A stretch of 64,000 nt of DNA, from the NCBI GenBank assembly GCA_963514005.1, contig CAUPSL010000078.1, positions 62,001 through 126,000 of the forward strand. Direction: 5' to 3'. The position numbers and the translations under genes are program-made. This DNA is from Raja brachyura. Its lineage: Eukaryota. This document shows positions 53,199 through 64,000 of this stretch, in pieces; within the stretch, counting starts at the first letter, position 1; the number at the start of each line of letters is the position of its first letter. The notes below the pieces were generated by a model. The model made no database searches. It was given only the letters and a program-made list of their open reading frames with translations, and had not been told where the DNA came from.

Positions 53199-54120
53199 GT
53201 GTAGGAAAGAACTGCAGATGCTAGTTTAACTCGAAGGTAGACACAAAATGCTGGAGTACTCAGCAGGCAGGCAGCATCTCTGGAGAGAAGGAATGGGCGA
53301 CCTATCAGGTCGAGGCCCTTCTTCAGACTGATGTCAGGGGAGTGGATGGGACAAAGAAAGAATGTAAGCGATGACAGTAAGACTGGTGGGAGAACTGGGA
53401 AGGGGGAGGGGATAGAGAGGGAAAGCAAGGGCTATTTAAAGTTGGAGAGGTCAATGTTCATGCCGCCTAGTTGTAAACTACCCAAGCAAAATATGAGGTG
53501 CTATTCCTCCAATTTGCACTGGGCCTCACACTGACAATGGAGGCGGCCCAGGACAGAAAGGTCAGATTGGGAATGGGAGGAGAGGTTGAAGTGCTGAACA
53601 ACCAGGAGATCAGGTAGGTTAAGATGGACTGAGCAGAGTAGTTCAGCAAAATGATTGCCGAGCCTGCGCTTGGCCTCGCTGATGTAGAGAGGTTGCCACA
53701 TGCAACTGCGGATACAGTAGATGAGGTTGGAGGAGGTGCAAGTGAACCTCTGCCTCACCTGGAAAGACTGTTTGGGTCCTTGGTTGGAGTCGAGGAGGGA
53801 GGGAAAAGGACACGTGTTGCATCTCCTACGGTTGCAGGGGAAAGTACCTGGGGAGGGGGCGGTTTGGGTGGAAAAGGACGCGTTGACCAGGGAATGTCGG
53901 AGGGAACGTCTCCACTGAAAGCAAAAATGGGTGGGAATGGGAAGATGTGGCCAGTAGTGGGATCCTGTTGGAGGTGGCAAAAATGATGGAGGATTATATG
54001 CTGTGTGCGACGGCTGATGGAGTGGAAGGCGAGGACAAGGGGGACTCTGTCCTTGTCACGAATGGGGGGGGGGGGGGGGGGGCGGGAGAGCAAGAGCGGA
54101 GCATCGAGGAAACCCTAGTG
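53199..54120 (-). mobile_element. Penelope-like element 3' part: GIY-YIG endonuclease plus terminal repeat
   Basis: DRVPLVLAFH..QQDPTT..PGTFPCNRRRCNTC..FTCTSSNLIYCIRS..LYISEAKRRLG..QHFN. Confidence 0.9.
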
Positions 54121-54390
54121 AGTAGCCTCGCTCCTGTTTATTTTACACGAGTTAAAATCAGTTTAAACTAATGTTTGCAGCTCTTTCTTCCACAAAGGAA
54201 ACGGGGCATGATGCAAATCAAAGCACACATTCCAGTCTGGATCTGAAACAGGGGAGGTAAACCCTTTTAACGTCTGCATGTACCTCAGACTAACGTGCGC
54301 ATTTTTAACCTGAGTCGCCTCCTGTCCAGATTGAGATTAAGTCAAGACGCTTTTAGCCAGTTGCGAATAAAATTAGAATCATTAACTTAC

Positions 54391-54442
54391 CGGCGAGAGC
54401 CCCTTGTACACGGAAGAAACTCAGCAAGATGAACAGAATCAT
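54391..54442 (-). CDS. MHC class I heavy chain exon 1: signal peptide MILFILLSFFRVQGALA-G
   Basis: ATG at 54442-54440, 17-codon hydrophobic leader ending A-L-A. Donor G|GTAAGT, phase 1, joins alpha1 to give mature G-P-H-T-L. Confidence 0.85.
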
Positions 54443-54498
54443 TTCACGCACAAACTCCCGCATCAACAGCAGCAACTGAGCCAAACTTCACCAACCCC

Positions 54499-54533
54499 AG
54501 TCTGAAGAAGGGTCTCGACCCGAAACGTCGCCT
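54499..54533 (+). ncRNA. Putative minimal type-I hammerhead ribozyme motif within a Penelope-terminal repeat
   Basis: CTGAAGA (54502-54508), A, stem II GGGT-CTCG-ACCC, GAAAC (54522-54526), GTC triplet (54527-54529). Stem I is weak (2 bp) in this copy. Confidence 0.55.
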
Positions 54534-54645
54534 ATCTCCTTCACTCCTTAGATGCTGCTGCACCCGCTGAGTTTCTCCAGCTTTTTGTGTAACCTTCACC
54601 AACATCAACATCAGCTTCACCAACATCAAAGCAGGATCTCATCAT

Positions 54646-54700
54646 GCAATCAGAATGAAAATACGACGGGTCGTCACCAGTTGTCGAGCGATGTCATTGG
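54646..54700 (-). promoter_or_regulatory. X1/X2-Y box-like module of the MHC class I promoter
   Basis: Minus strand: CCAAT (54700-54696), X1X2-like CTCGACAACTGGTGACG (54688-54672), then Y-like CTGATTGC (54653-54646) 21 nt after the X1-like 14-mer. About 200-250 nt upstream of the ATG. Confidence 0.5.
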
Positions 54701-57700
54701 ACAAGCACAAAACAATTGACTGCAATGGAGGCACGAGGAGGTGTTGATGCCTATTTACAACAAAGACAAATACACAAAGTGCTGGTGTAACTCAGCAGGT
54801 CAGTTCGCAACTCCGGAGATCATAGATTGGCGGCGATAGACACAAAGCACTGGATTAACTCAATGAATCGAGCAGCATATTTGGAGAAAAAGGATAGGTG
54901 ACTATTGTCAGTCTGAAGTAGGTTCCCAATCTGAAACAGCGCCTGTCAATGTCCTCCAGAGATGTTGCCCGACCTGCTGAGTTACTACAGCACTTTGTTT
55001 TTTTCGCACTCTATAGCAAATGGAATGGAATGGAATTGCAGGGCGTGGTCGCCTGGAACTGTAATTACGTTTCAGATATCGCCCCATTCTTCAGCTGCTA
55101 ATTGCTCCTAATGTTATTTTATGATTCAGGAGACCCATAAATCCAATCACTTGTCCTAACTTGAATCATTACAATGCAGAACAAAAAGGAGGAAATCAAA
55201 CACGGTCCACAGCTAGTAGAGCTGCCGCCTCACTCACAACACCAGAGACCAGCGTTAGATCCGGACCTCTCGCATTGTCTGTGTAGATTGTCTTTAACAA
55301 AGAACTGCAGATGCTGGAAAAATCGAAGGTAGACAAAAATGCAGGAGAAACTCAGTGGGTGAGGAGGCATCTATGGAGCTAAGGAAGAGGCAACGTTTCG
55401 GATCAGACGCTCCAAGAATGGTCTCGACCCGAAACGCCACCTATTCCTTCACTCCGTAGATGCCTCCTCACCTGCTGAGTTTCTCCAGCATTTTTGTCCA
55501 CCTTCCGCATAGATTTTGCTCATTCTTCTTGTGACCGCCTGGGTTCTTCCCGGTGCTCCGGTTTTCTCCCACATTCCACAGATGTGTGGGTTTGTCAGTT
55601 AATTGTCCTCTGTAAATTTCCCCTAGTGTGTGTGGGGCTTGGACAAAAAAGTGGGATAACATTGAACTAGTGTGAAGGGGTGACCTGTGGTCAGCATGAT
55701 GGGCTGAAGGGCCTGTGTCCATGTTGCATCTTTCAACTCAAAACGGAATTCTGTAAAGACGTTATATTGGAAGCTAGTTTGGACATTGAAACTGTGCAGC
55801 GCATGGTGGTGGATATCGACGGCAATGGTGTCTGTGAATTTATCAAGGACCTATCTACCAGATATGGGGAGAACTTACACAATAGCATTGGTATTGATTT
55901 ATTATTGTCACGTATTGAGATACAGTGAAAAGCTTTTGTTTGCGTGCTAACCAAATCAGATCAGGAATGACTGAGGGATTGTACTAAATGACAGGGCAGG
56001 CTTGTGGGCCTGTTTCAATGCAATAAACTCCATATTAATGTACCATATTAAGAATGCGGGTGCTGGTATGCTTGGTGATGAGCCCAAAATATTGATTTTG
56101 TAATTCAAGATTTCCTCAGTGTCGCAACAGTAGAGTTGGTGTTCATAGCAACGGCGACTCGGGACGTTTCTGACTAATGGTGCTGTCTGTACAGTGTTTG
56201 TACGTTCTCCCTGTGACTGTGATGTTTTTCTCTGGGTGCTCCAGTTTCCTCCCACATCTCAAAGAAGTACAGGGTTTTATGTTAATTGGCTTTGGTAAAA
56301 TTGTAAATTGTCACTTGTCGTGCTATAGTACTAGTGTACGGGGGTCAGCGAGGACTCAGTGGGCCAAGGGCCTGTTTCCGTGCTGTACCTCTAAATTAAA
56401 AATGTTAATTTCTATTCATTTTAATTTTCAGCTCTTAACCAAATTCATTTCAATCAACCCAAAGATGACTGTGTTTCTCCCTCACAACACCAGATTTAAG
56501 TCTGCATTTAAAAAATGCTTTTATTTTTGCTCGCATAGTGCTGAACTAATTCACTTATGTTACTGAAGTTATAACTCACAGCAGTGACCACAGTAAGCAA
56601 GATACATCAAATACATGAACACAAGAAACGGGAAGCAGGAATAGGCCCACAAGTCACTGGCGGAACTAGTCCTAACCAATAATACATCATACATGAGTCC
56701 AATCACAGACAAGTAAGAATGTAATGATTGTAGTGGGTAATTGTAGAGATCACAAGGAAAATAAAGCATTTGTTGGCCATGAGTAAAATCTGTTCTGCAG
56801 CTCAATTAGGTCATGACTGATCTACTCTTGACCAGAAGAGTCTGTAACCAGTAACCCACAACTTCCCAAAAAAACAAATCCATCCTTCTCAGTAATGTAA
56901 TGAATCTACACTCTGCAGTTGAAAATTCCCACGATTCATTATCGTCTGGGAGAAATATAAAACACTTTTCTCCTCAGTTTGAACCCTTGGCCTCCAATGT
57001 CTAGTTTCCTCCATGATGGGAACTATTGAGAACAGGAGGAAATAGCTTACTACTGTTCTATCAGCCCATAGAGTAGTCACTAAACTTGTCGCACCGTTCA
57101 ATAAAATGATCACTGATCAGTTGGCCTCAGATCCTTAGATTAGTTTGGTTTAGAGGTACAGCATGGAAACAGGCCCTTAGGCCCATCCAGTCTGTCCAGA
57201 CCAGTGATCCCTGCAAACTAATGCTGTCCTACATACACTTGGGGCTAATTAACCTGCAAACCTGTACATCTTTGGAGTGCTGGGGGAAGCTGGAGCCACC
57301 AGAGATAACCCACACAGGTCAAGGGAAGAATGTACTAACTCCATACATACAGCCCCCATGGTCAGGATCACAATGTTCCCCTGGTCTCTGCCACTGCAAG
57401 GTAGCAATCTATCGCTGTTCCTCCGTGCCACCCCTTGCGTCACTGTGCCACCTACACAGTTCTATCCTATACACATGGGACAATTTACAGATGCCAATTA
57501 ACCTACAGACCTGCAGGCCTTTGGAACTGGGAGGAAACCGAAGCACCAGGGGAAAACCAATATGATTACAGATAGAACATACAAAGTTGGTACAGACAGC
57601 ACCCATAGTCAGGATGAAACCTCAGATTCAGATTCAATTTTAATTGAATCAGTTGGGTCACAGAGTCACAGGGACTGCAAGGAAGTAACTCCACTGCTGT

Positions 57701-59957
57701 GCCACTGTGAGGCTCCACTGTTTGAAATGTTGGTTGCAAGTTCTAACTTTTTTCATGAGGGTTATCGTCAAGGACACAAGAAAAAATAACAGGAGTAGAC
57801 TAGGAAGTAGTCTCCTCTGGTCCATTGCCCCTTAACTCTCAATTGCTTCAATCTTTCAAAGATTTCTCTATCTGGTCTTAAACATATTTAATGCCTTGGC
57901 TATCACCACCTCTGAGCACAGAATTACAGCAATTCACTCCCTTCTGAAAGAAGTAATTTTGATGTACCTCAAATTTAAACAACTGGTCCCTTATTCTGTA
58001 GTTGTTTCCCATTGTTTTTAGACTTTCCCACCAGTGAAACATCTCAACATCTATCATGAAAAGCCCCTTAAGATATTGCGTGTGTGAATAAGGTCACTCA
58101 TCACTTTCTACACTCCAAGGTATGCGGACCTAAACTGTTTACCACTCTTGATGAGACAACCTTTTCATCCCTTGACTTAGTTTGATGAATTTCATCTGGT
58201 CTGCATCCAATGCTCCTATCCCCTTTTTAATGTTAAAACTGTGTGCGGTATTCCAGTTATTGACTCAATATAATCATCCTGCATAATTCCAATATTACAT
58301 CCCTATTCTTGAATTCCATCCCCCTTTGCAGTAAAGACTGCATTTTTTCCATTGGTTATTGGGTCTGCTGCTAACTATTTTTGATGCATGCACTTGAATA
58401 CCAACATCCCATCCGAACTTCACTCATTTACAGTCTCTCTCCATTTGGACAATAATCCACCATTTAAGGTTTAGCTTCAGGTTTGTTATTGTGATGTATA
58501 CCAAAGTACGATAAAAAGCATTGTTTTTGATGCTGTATACATAAATACTATCAAGCCAAACACAAGTACAATAGGCAGACTGAAGGATAAGATACAGAGT
58601 GAAGAATAGAGCTCACAACATTATTGTACAACAATTTCAGAGACAAAATCCAATGGCCATGTTGATGTAGAGGAGAATTGGGAATGGGTTCTAGCACATG
58701 GAACATTCAGAAGCCTAATAACAGAGGAGAAGAAGCTGTTCCTCTGTCTGGTGCTCTACACTTTTAAGCTCTGCATCTTCTGCCTGACGGGAGTAGAGAA
58801 AAAAGGAATCACTAGTGTGAGGAAGGTTTTTGACTATGTTGGCTACCTTCCTGAAGCAGCAGGAATTGTAACTGGAGACAATGATGGGCAGTCTGGTCTG
58901 TGTGATGGACTGGGCTACATCCACATCTCTCTGCAATTTCTTGTGGTCTTGCGCAGAGCTATTCTGAAAATAAGCTCTGACGTAGCCTTTCTATGGTGCA
59001 TCTGTGGAAGTAGGTAAGAGTCATTGGACACATACTAAATGTCCTCAGTCATCTGAGGAAGTGGATGCATTGGTGTGCCTTCTTGGCTGTCCCTTCAATG
59101 TGGTTGATCTATCAAGGTTCGTTGGTAATATTTACACCAAAGAATTTGAAGTTCTCAACCATTTCTACTTTGGCACCATTGATACTGATTGGGGCATGCT
59201 AACTTGATTCCTCATGCCAAAGAGCATGAGTTGAAACATCACCCATTCATTCTACCTAGAGATGCTGCTTGTCCTGCTAAGTTACTCCAGCATTTTGTGT
59301 CTATCTTCAGTGTGAAACAGCATCTGCAGTTCCTTCCCACACAATTTGTCTGCTCCAATAGGAGATCTCCTCAAGATCCTCAACTGCCTGAAATGTCACC
59401 CATTCCTTCTATCTAGAGATGCTGCCTGTCCCGCTGAGTTACGCCAGCATTTTGTGTTTATCTTCAGCATGTCCTCACAGTTTCCCACATTAAACACATT
59501 AGCCAGGTTTTGACTAACCACTCAAGCTATCTATATCCTGTTGTAGAATCATACTTTCCTCATTAAACCGTGCCATTTCATCTATTTTTGTATCATTGCC
59601 AAAACTGAGTCCTTACATTTGTTCCCTGCACCAATTAGTTGAGGGGAGCACTGAGAGAAGTATGTAAAATCATGAATGGCATGGATAGGTTTGGCTCCCG
59701 TCTGGTAGAAGGTGCAGAAGATTGAAGGCACGTACCACCAGCTTCAGCGACAGCTTCTTCCCCTCTGTTATCTGGCTTCTGAACAGTTTTTCCATAGGTT
59801 ATGGTTAGTCTGATTTACCTCTATCCACCAAGATCATTGGTCTTTCTCTCTGGAACTGATGCACTACAATGCTGAGATCGATATTCTGCATAATATTCTT
59901 CCCCTTTGAATTAATTATATCAGTGTATGGTTTATCTAATCTGTTTGGATAGCATGG

Positions 59958-60480
59958 CATGCTTTGGTCCTTGGATGAAGTCAAGGGGGGAGGTCAACTG
60001 CTCTACATCGGTGAGAACAAGCACAGGCTTGGCGATCGCTTCACCCAACACCTTCGCATTAACCAACCTGAACTCCCAGTGGCTCAGTACTTCAACTCCC
60101 CCTCCCATTCCGAATCCGACCTTTCTGGCCTGGGCCTCCTCCATGGCCAGAGTGCGGCCAACTGCAAATTGGAGGAGCAGCACCTCATTTTTCGCTTGGA
60201 TAGTTTACACCCCAGCGGTATGAAAATTAACTTCTCTAATTTCAGGTAATCCTTGCTTTCTCCCTCCTTCCCCTCCCGTTCCAAGCTCTCCCACAGCCTA
60301 CTGTCTCCACCTCTTCCTTTCTTCTTCCTGCCCCCCCCACCCCCACATCAGTCTGAAGAAGGGTCTCAACCCAAAATGTTACCTATTCCTTTGCTCCGTA
60401 GATGCTGCCTCACCCACGGAGTTTCTCCAGCAGTTTTGTCTACCTTCGATTTTTCCAGCATCTGCAGCTCTTTCTTAAAC
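59958..60480 (+). mobile_element. Penelope-like element 3' end (GIY-YIG C-terminus plus terminal repeat)
   Basis: LLYIGENKHRLGDRFTQHLR..PVAQYFNSPSHS..KLEEQHLIFRL..NFSNFR*, then cagtctgaagaagggtctcaaccc. Confidence 0.85.
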
Positions 60481-60871
60481 ATGTACTTGTTCTTTGTACT
60501 TTTCCTGAGTATATGGTGGGGTAATATGGAGTGTGCTTCACCCAAGATCAAATGTGAGGTAAGAGTCATTTAATTGTCATATGTATCAACAATGGAACAA
60601 CACAATTCTTACTTGCTGCAGCTTCACCTGAATGTAACTGCAATAACACAGAGATAATATAAAACAACCAATAAAACAATGAATTAATAACTGGACTATC
60701 ATAATAGAGCACAACATAAAATTCATAGTACATTCAATGACAGTCCGTATATGGTCATAGGTGCTGATGTTAGTTTTGTTTGGTGTTGAAGTGATTGTTG
60801 AGAAGAGGCTGTTCTTGAATCTGGTTGTCACAGTTTTAAGGCTGCTGTATATTTCCCTATATCTATACTTA

Positions 60872-61181
60872 GGGACGGCAGTGTGGCGCAGCGGTAGAGT
60901 TGCTGCCTTATAGCACCAGACATCTTGGTTCGTTCATGACTTATGGGTGAAGCCTGTACGGAGTTTGTATGTTGGGTGAATGCATTGTTTTTCTCCAGGT
61001 GCTCCAGTTTCCTAACACACTCCAAAGACATACAGGTTTGTAGGTTAATTGGCTTGTAAATTGTAAATTGTTCCTAATGTGTGTAGGATAGTGGCAATGT
61101 AAAGGGATCATTAATCGTCGCAAACTTGGTAGGCCGAAAGGCCTGTTTCCTCGCTGTATCTCTAAACTAAACTAAACTAAA
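60872..61181 (+). mobile_element. tRNA-derived SINE (HE1/V-SINE-like)
   Basis: ggcagtgtggcgcagcggtagagttgctgcc..(ctaaa)4 tail. Confidence 0.85.
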
Positions 61182-61189
61182 TCTGCTCT

Positions 61190-62214
61190 TTTTTTCCCCT
61201 ACAAAATGCTTTTATTCAGAACAAACAAATACAATGTAGTAACACGATCAGAGAATGCCTATATTGGCATTTTACAAAGTTATCAAATTAAAATATTAAC
61301 ATTTTGATCAATAATACATTCGACCTCCTGCGGTGACCAGCGTTCACGGAAGGCCTCCACAGTCCCTGTGGACACCGCGTGTTCCCTCTCCAGGGATACG
61401 CGAGCACGGACGTAACCCCGGAAAAGGGCAGGCAGTCGACTGCTGTGCGGACGTCGACTGCCCGCTGCCTGGACCCGCGAATGGCCATCTTGGCCAGGCC
61501 CAGGAGCAGACCGACAGGGAGACCCCCTCCTCCCTCCCGACCATCCCCCCTCTGTACAGGGTGCCCAAAAATCAATAGCATCGGACTAGTGGAGCCAAAA
61601 CACTAGTCCGAACACGGTCTCTTCCTCGCCGCAGAAGTAACAGGCGGCGGACGAGTCCGTGAACCGGCTCAAGTACCTGTTGCAGGCCACGGCTTCTGCT
61701 CTTTTTTTTTTTTTTTTTTTACAAAATGTTTTAATCAAACAAACAAATACAATTACAAACACAATCAAAAAATGCCTAAACTGGCATCTTACAAAGAAAT
61801 TTCAAATTAAAACATTAACATTTTCATCAATAAAACATTCCACCCCCTGCGGTGACCAGCGCACACAGAAGGCCCCCACAGTCCCTGTGGACACCGCGTT
61901 TTCCCTCTCCAGGGACACGCGGGCACGGACATAACCCCGGAAAAGGGGCAGGCAGTCGACTGCTGTGCGGCCGTCGACTGCCCGCTGCCTGGACCCGCGA
62001 ATGGCCATCTTGGCCAGGCCCAGGAGCAGACCGACAGGGAGACCCCCTCCTCCCTCCCGACCATCCCCCCTCTGTACAGGGTGCCCAAAAATCAATAGCA
62101 TCGGACTAGTGGAGCCAAAACACTAGTCCGAACACGGTCTCTTCCTCGCCGCAGAAGTAACAGGCGGCGGACGAGTCCGTGAACCGGCTCAAGTACCTGT
62201 TGCAGGCCACGGCT
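61190..62214 (-). mobile_element. Tandem pair of 5'-truncated L1/Tx1-clade LINE 3' ends (61190-61694, 61703-62214)
   Basis: C-terminal ACYFCGEEETV zinc-knuckle remnant and LLLGLAKMAI..RWSPQGVEC, followed by polyA tails. The 8-mer TCTGCTCT is at all three junctions. Confidence 0.85.
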
Positions 62215-63282
62215 TCTGCTCTGGGAGTGTGTGTTTGGACAACGCAGACATAGCTTTACTTTGAGTTTTTCTTTTTAAAAGGCAGTACATTGAGGCAGCT
62301 GGCAGAATGGCTGCCCCTCTGCTCCAGCAACTTGGATTCAATACTGATCTCGGGTACTGTGTATCATTTTCATGTTCTCCCTATGACACGTGGATCACCA
62401 CCAAATAGAAACATAGAAACGTAGAAAATAGGTGCAGGAGTAGGCCATTCGTCCCTTCGAGCCTGCGCTGCCATTCAATATGATCATGGCTGATCATCGA
62501 ACTCAGTATCCTGTACCTGCCTTCTCTCCATACCCCCTGATCCTATTAGCTACATGGGCCACATCTAACTCCGTCTTAAATATAGCCAACGAACTGGCCT
62601 CAACTACCTTCTGTGGCAGAGAATTCCACAGATTCACCACATGCGAGTGGTTGGTTAATTGACTGCTGTAAACTACCCAATGTGTAATTGGGTGACGTTG
62701 TCTATGTTTCGTTTAGAGATACAGTGAGAAAACAGACCCTATGTCCCACCGTGTCTGCAACGACCAGCGATCCCCGCATATTAGCTACCCTACACACACT
62801 AGGGGCAATTTTACCTTTTATACCAAGCCAATTAATGTACAAACCTGTATGTCTTTGGAGTGTGAGAGGATACCGATGATCTTGGAGAAAACCTACGCAG
62901 GTCATGGGGAGAATGCACAAACTCCATATAGAAAAGCACCTGTAGTCAGGATTGAACACCAGGTCTCTGGCGCTGTAAAGCAGTAGCCCTACTGCGATGC
63001 CACCATGCCATCCTACAGCAAGGTCCCACATGGGTGGCTGGTCCATTAGGTTGGAACACATGGGATCCAGGGTGAGCTAGTCAATTGGACACAAAGTTGG
63101 CTTGGTGGTAGGAGTCAGAGAATGGTAGTGGAGGGTTGTTTTATTGGAAGCCTGTGACCAGTGGTATGCCTCAGGAGCTGATGCTCTGATGTCATTCAGT
63201 CACACACAGTGCTATCAGACTGATTAATGCTTTCAATTTGCAGAAATGAAAGAGATGTGAGGAAGTGAGATCGAGCTGAGGG

Positions 63283-63382
63283 ATGAGAGATGGAGAGATA
63301 AATAGATGGAGCGAGATAGGGAGATAGAGAGAGAGAGATAGCAAGATGGAGAGAGATGATAGGTAGTGAGGTAGAGAGAGGG
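63283..63382. repeat. Degenerate (GA/GATA) low-complexity repeat
   Basis: Direct reading. Confidence 0.8.
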
Positions 63383-64000
63383 ATAATGTGATCAATACTT
63401 GTTGAGAGCAGAGCTGAAAAAAGGTGAGGTGCCCTTGGGAAACAGGATGTCTGGGGATGGCCATTTTATAAAGGGACTACACTATGAAGCAAAATAGATC
63501 AATGTTAATGGTTCTCAAGCCAGATAAGCAAAAATAAGATGTGTTTTGTTATTTAGTCCCTGGATGAGTGGCAACTTGAATTTCTTGATTTTCTTCTTTT
63601 CAGAGTTCAGACCTTGGATTAGAGTCTATTGTGCAACAAGTTAGTTGAGGCCTAGACAGATTAATGGTTGCCTGTTCAACATTCTGTACAACTGTAACAT
63701 GACACCCCGACTCCAGTCCTCAGTACCATGGCTGATGGAACAAGGCATAACATTTACTCTGTGTAGGAATGAACAGCAGATGCTAATTTAAACCGAAGAT
63801 AGACACAAACAGCTAAAGTAACTCAGCGGGACAGGCAGCATCTCAGGAGAGAAGGAATGGGTGACGTTTCAGGTCGAGGCCATTCTTCAGACATACACTC
63901 CCTCCACTGCCCTATCGAACTATTGTGAGGGATAAAGTGATTAAACCCCACTATTGTACGGATTCAGGTGAAGATTCTAACTTGTAAACAGGATTCTAAC

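Noticed and set aside
1-64000. CRISPR arrays, rRNA or prokaryotic operons
   Set aside because: No regularly spaced repeat-spacer array or rRNA similarity was seen; the window is intron-containing vertebrate DNA.

Overview
Repeat-dense vertebrate genomic DNA, most likely from a cartilaginous fish (skate/ray-like). That is inferred from HE1/V-SINE-type SINEs, CR1 and Penelope remnants and a shark-type GPR139-like gene. Two convergent protein-coding genes can be built by hand with canonical GT-AG junctions. (1) A two-exon GPR139-like rhodopsin-family GPCR on + (3970-4039 + 7659-8593, 334 aa). (2) An MHC class I heavy-chain gene on - spread over about 37 kb: leader 54391-54442, alpha1 35788-36048, alpha2 23688-23963, alpha3 22469-22735, TM 20221-20328, candidate cytoplasmic exon 17547-17638. 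The class I protein is intact but non-classical (T143->F, Y159->L, W167->L, no N86 glycan site, extra alpha1 Cys) and has an X-Y-box-like promoter module. The rest is transposon debris: CR1, CR1/L2-group, L1/Tx1, RTE, Rex/Babar and Penelope fragments, two solo LTRs, and Harbinger, hAT, piggyBac-like and P-like MITEs with readable TSDs. The most notable non-coding signal is a minimal hammerhead-ribozyme core (CTGAAGA-A-GGGT-CTCG-ACCC-GAAAC-GTC) in the abundant Penelope-terminal repeat. One core-intact copy sits between the MHC promoter module and its ATG. Exon coordinates were counted by hand, most repeat boundaries are approximate, and no database searches were run. There is one 202-N assembly gap (6893-7094).
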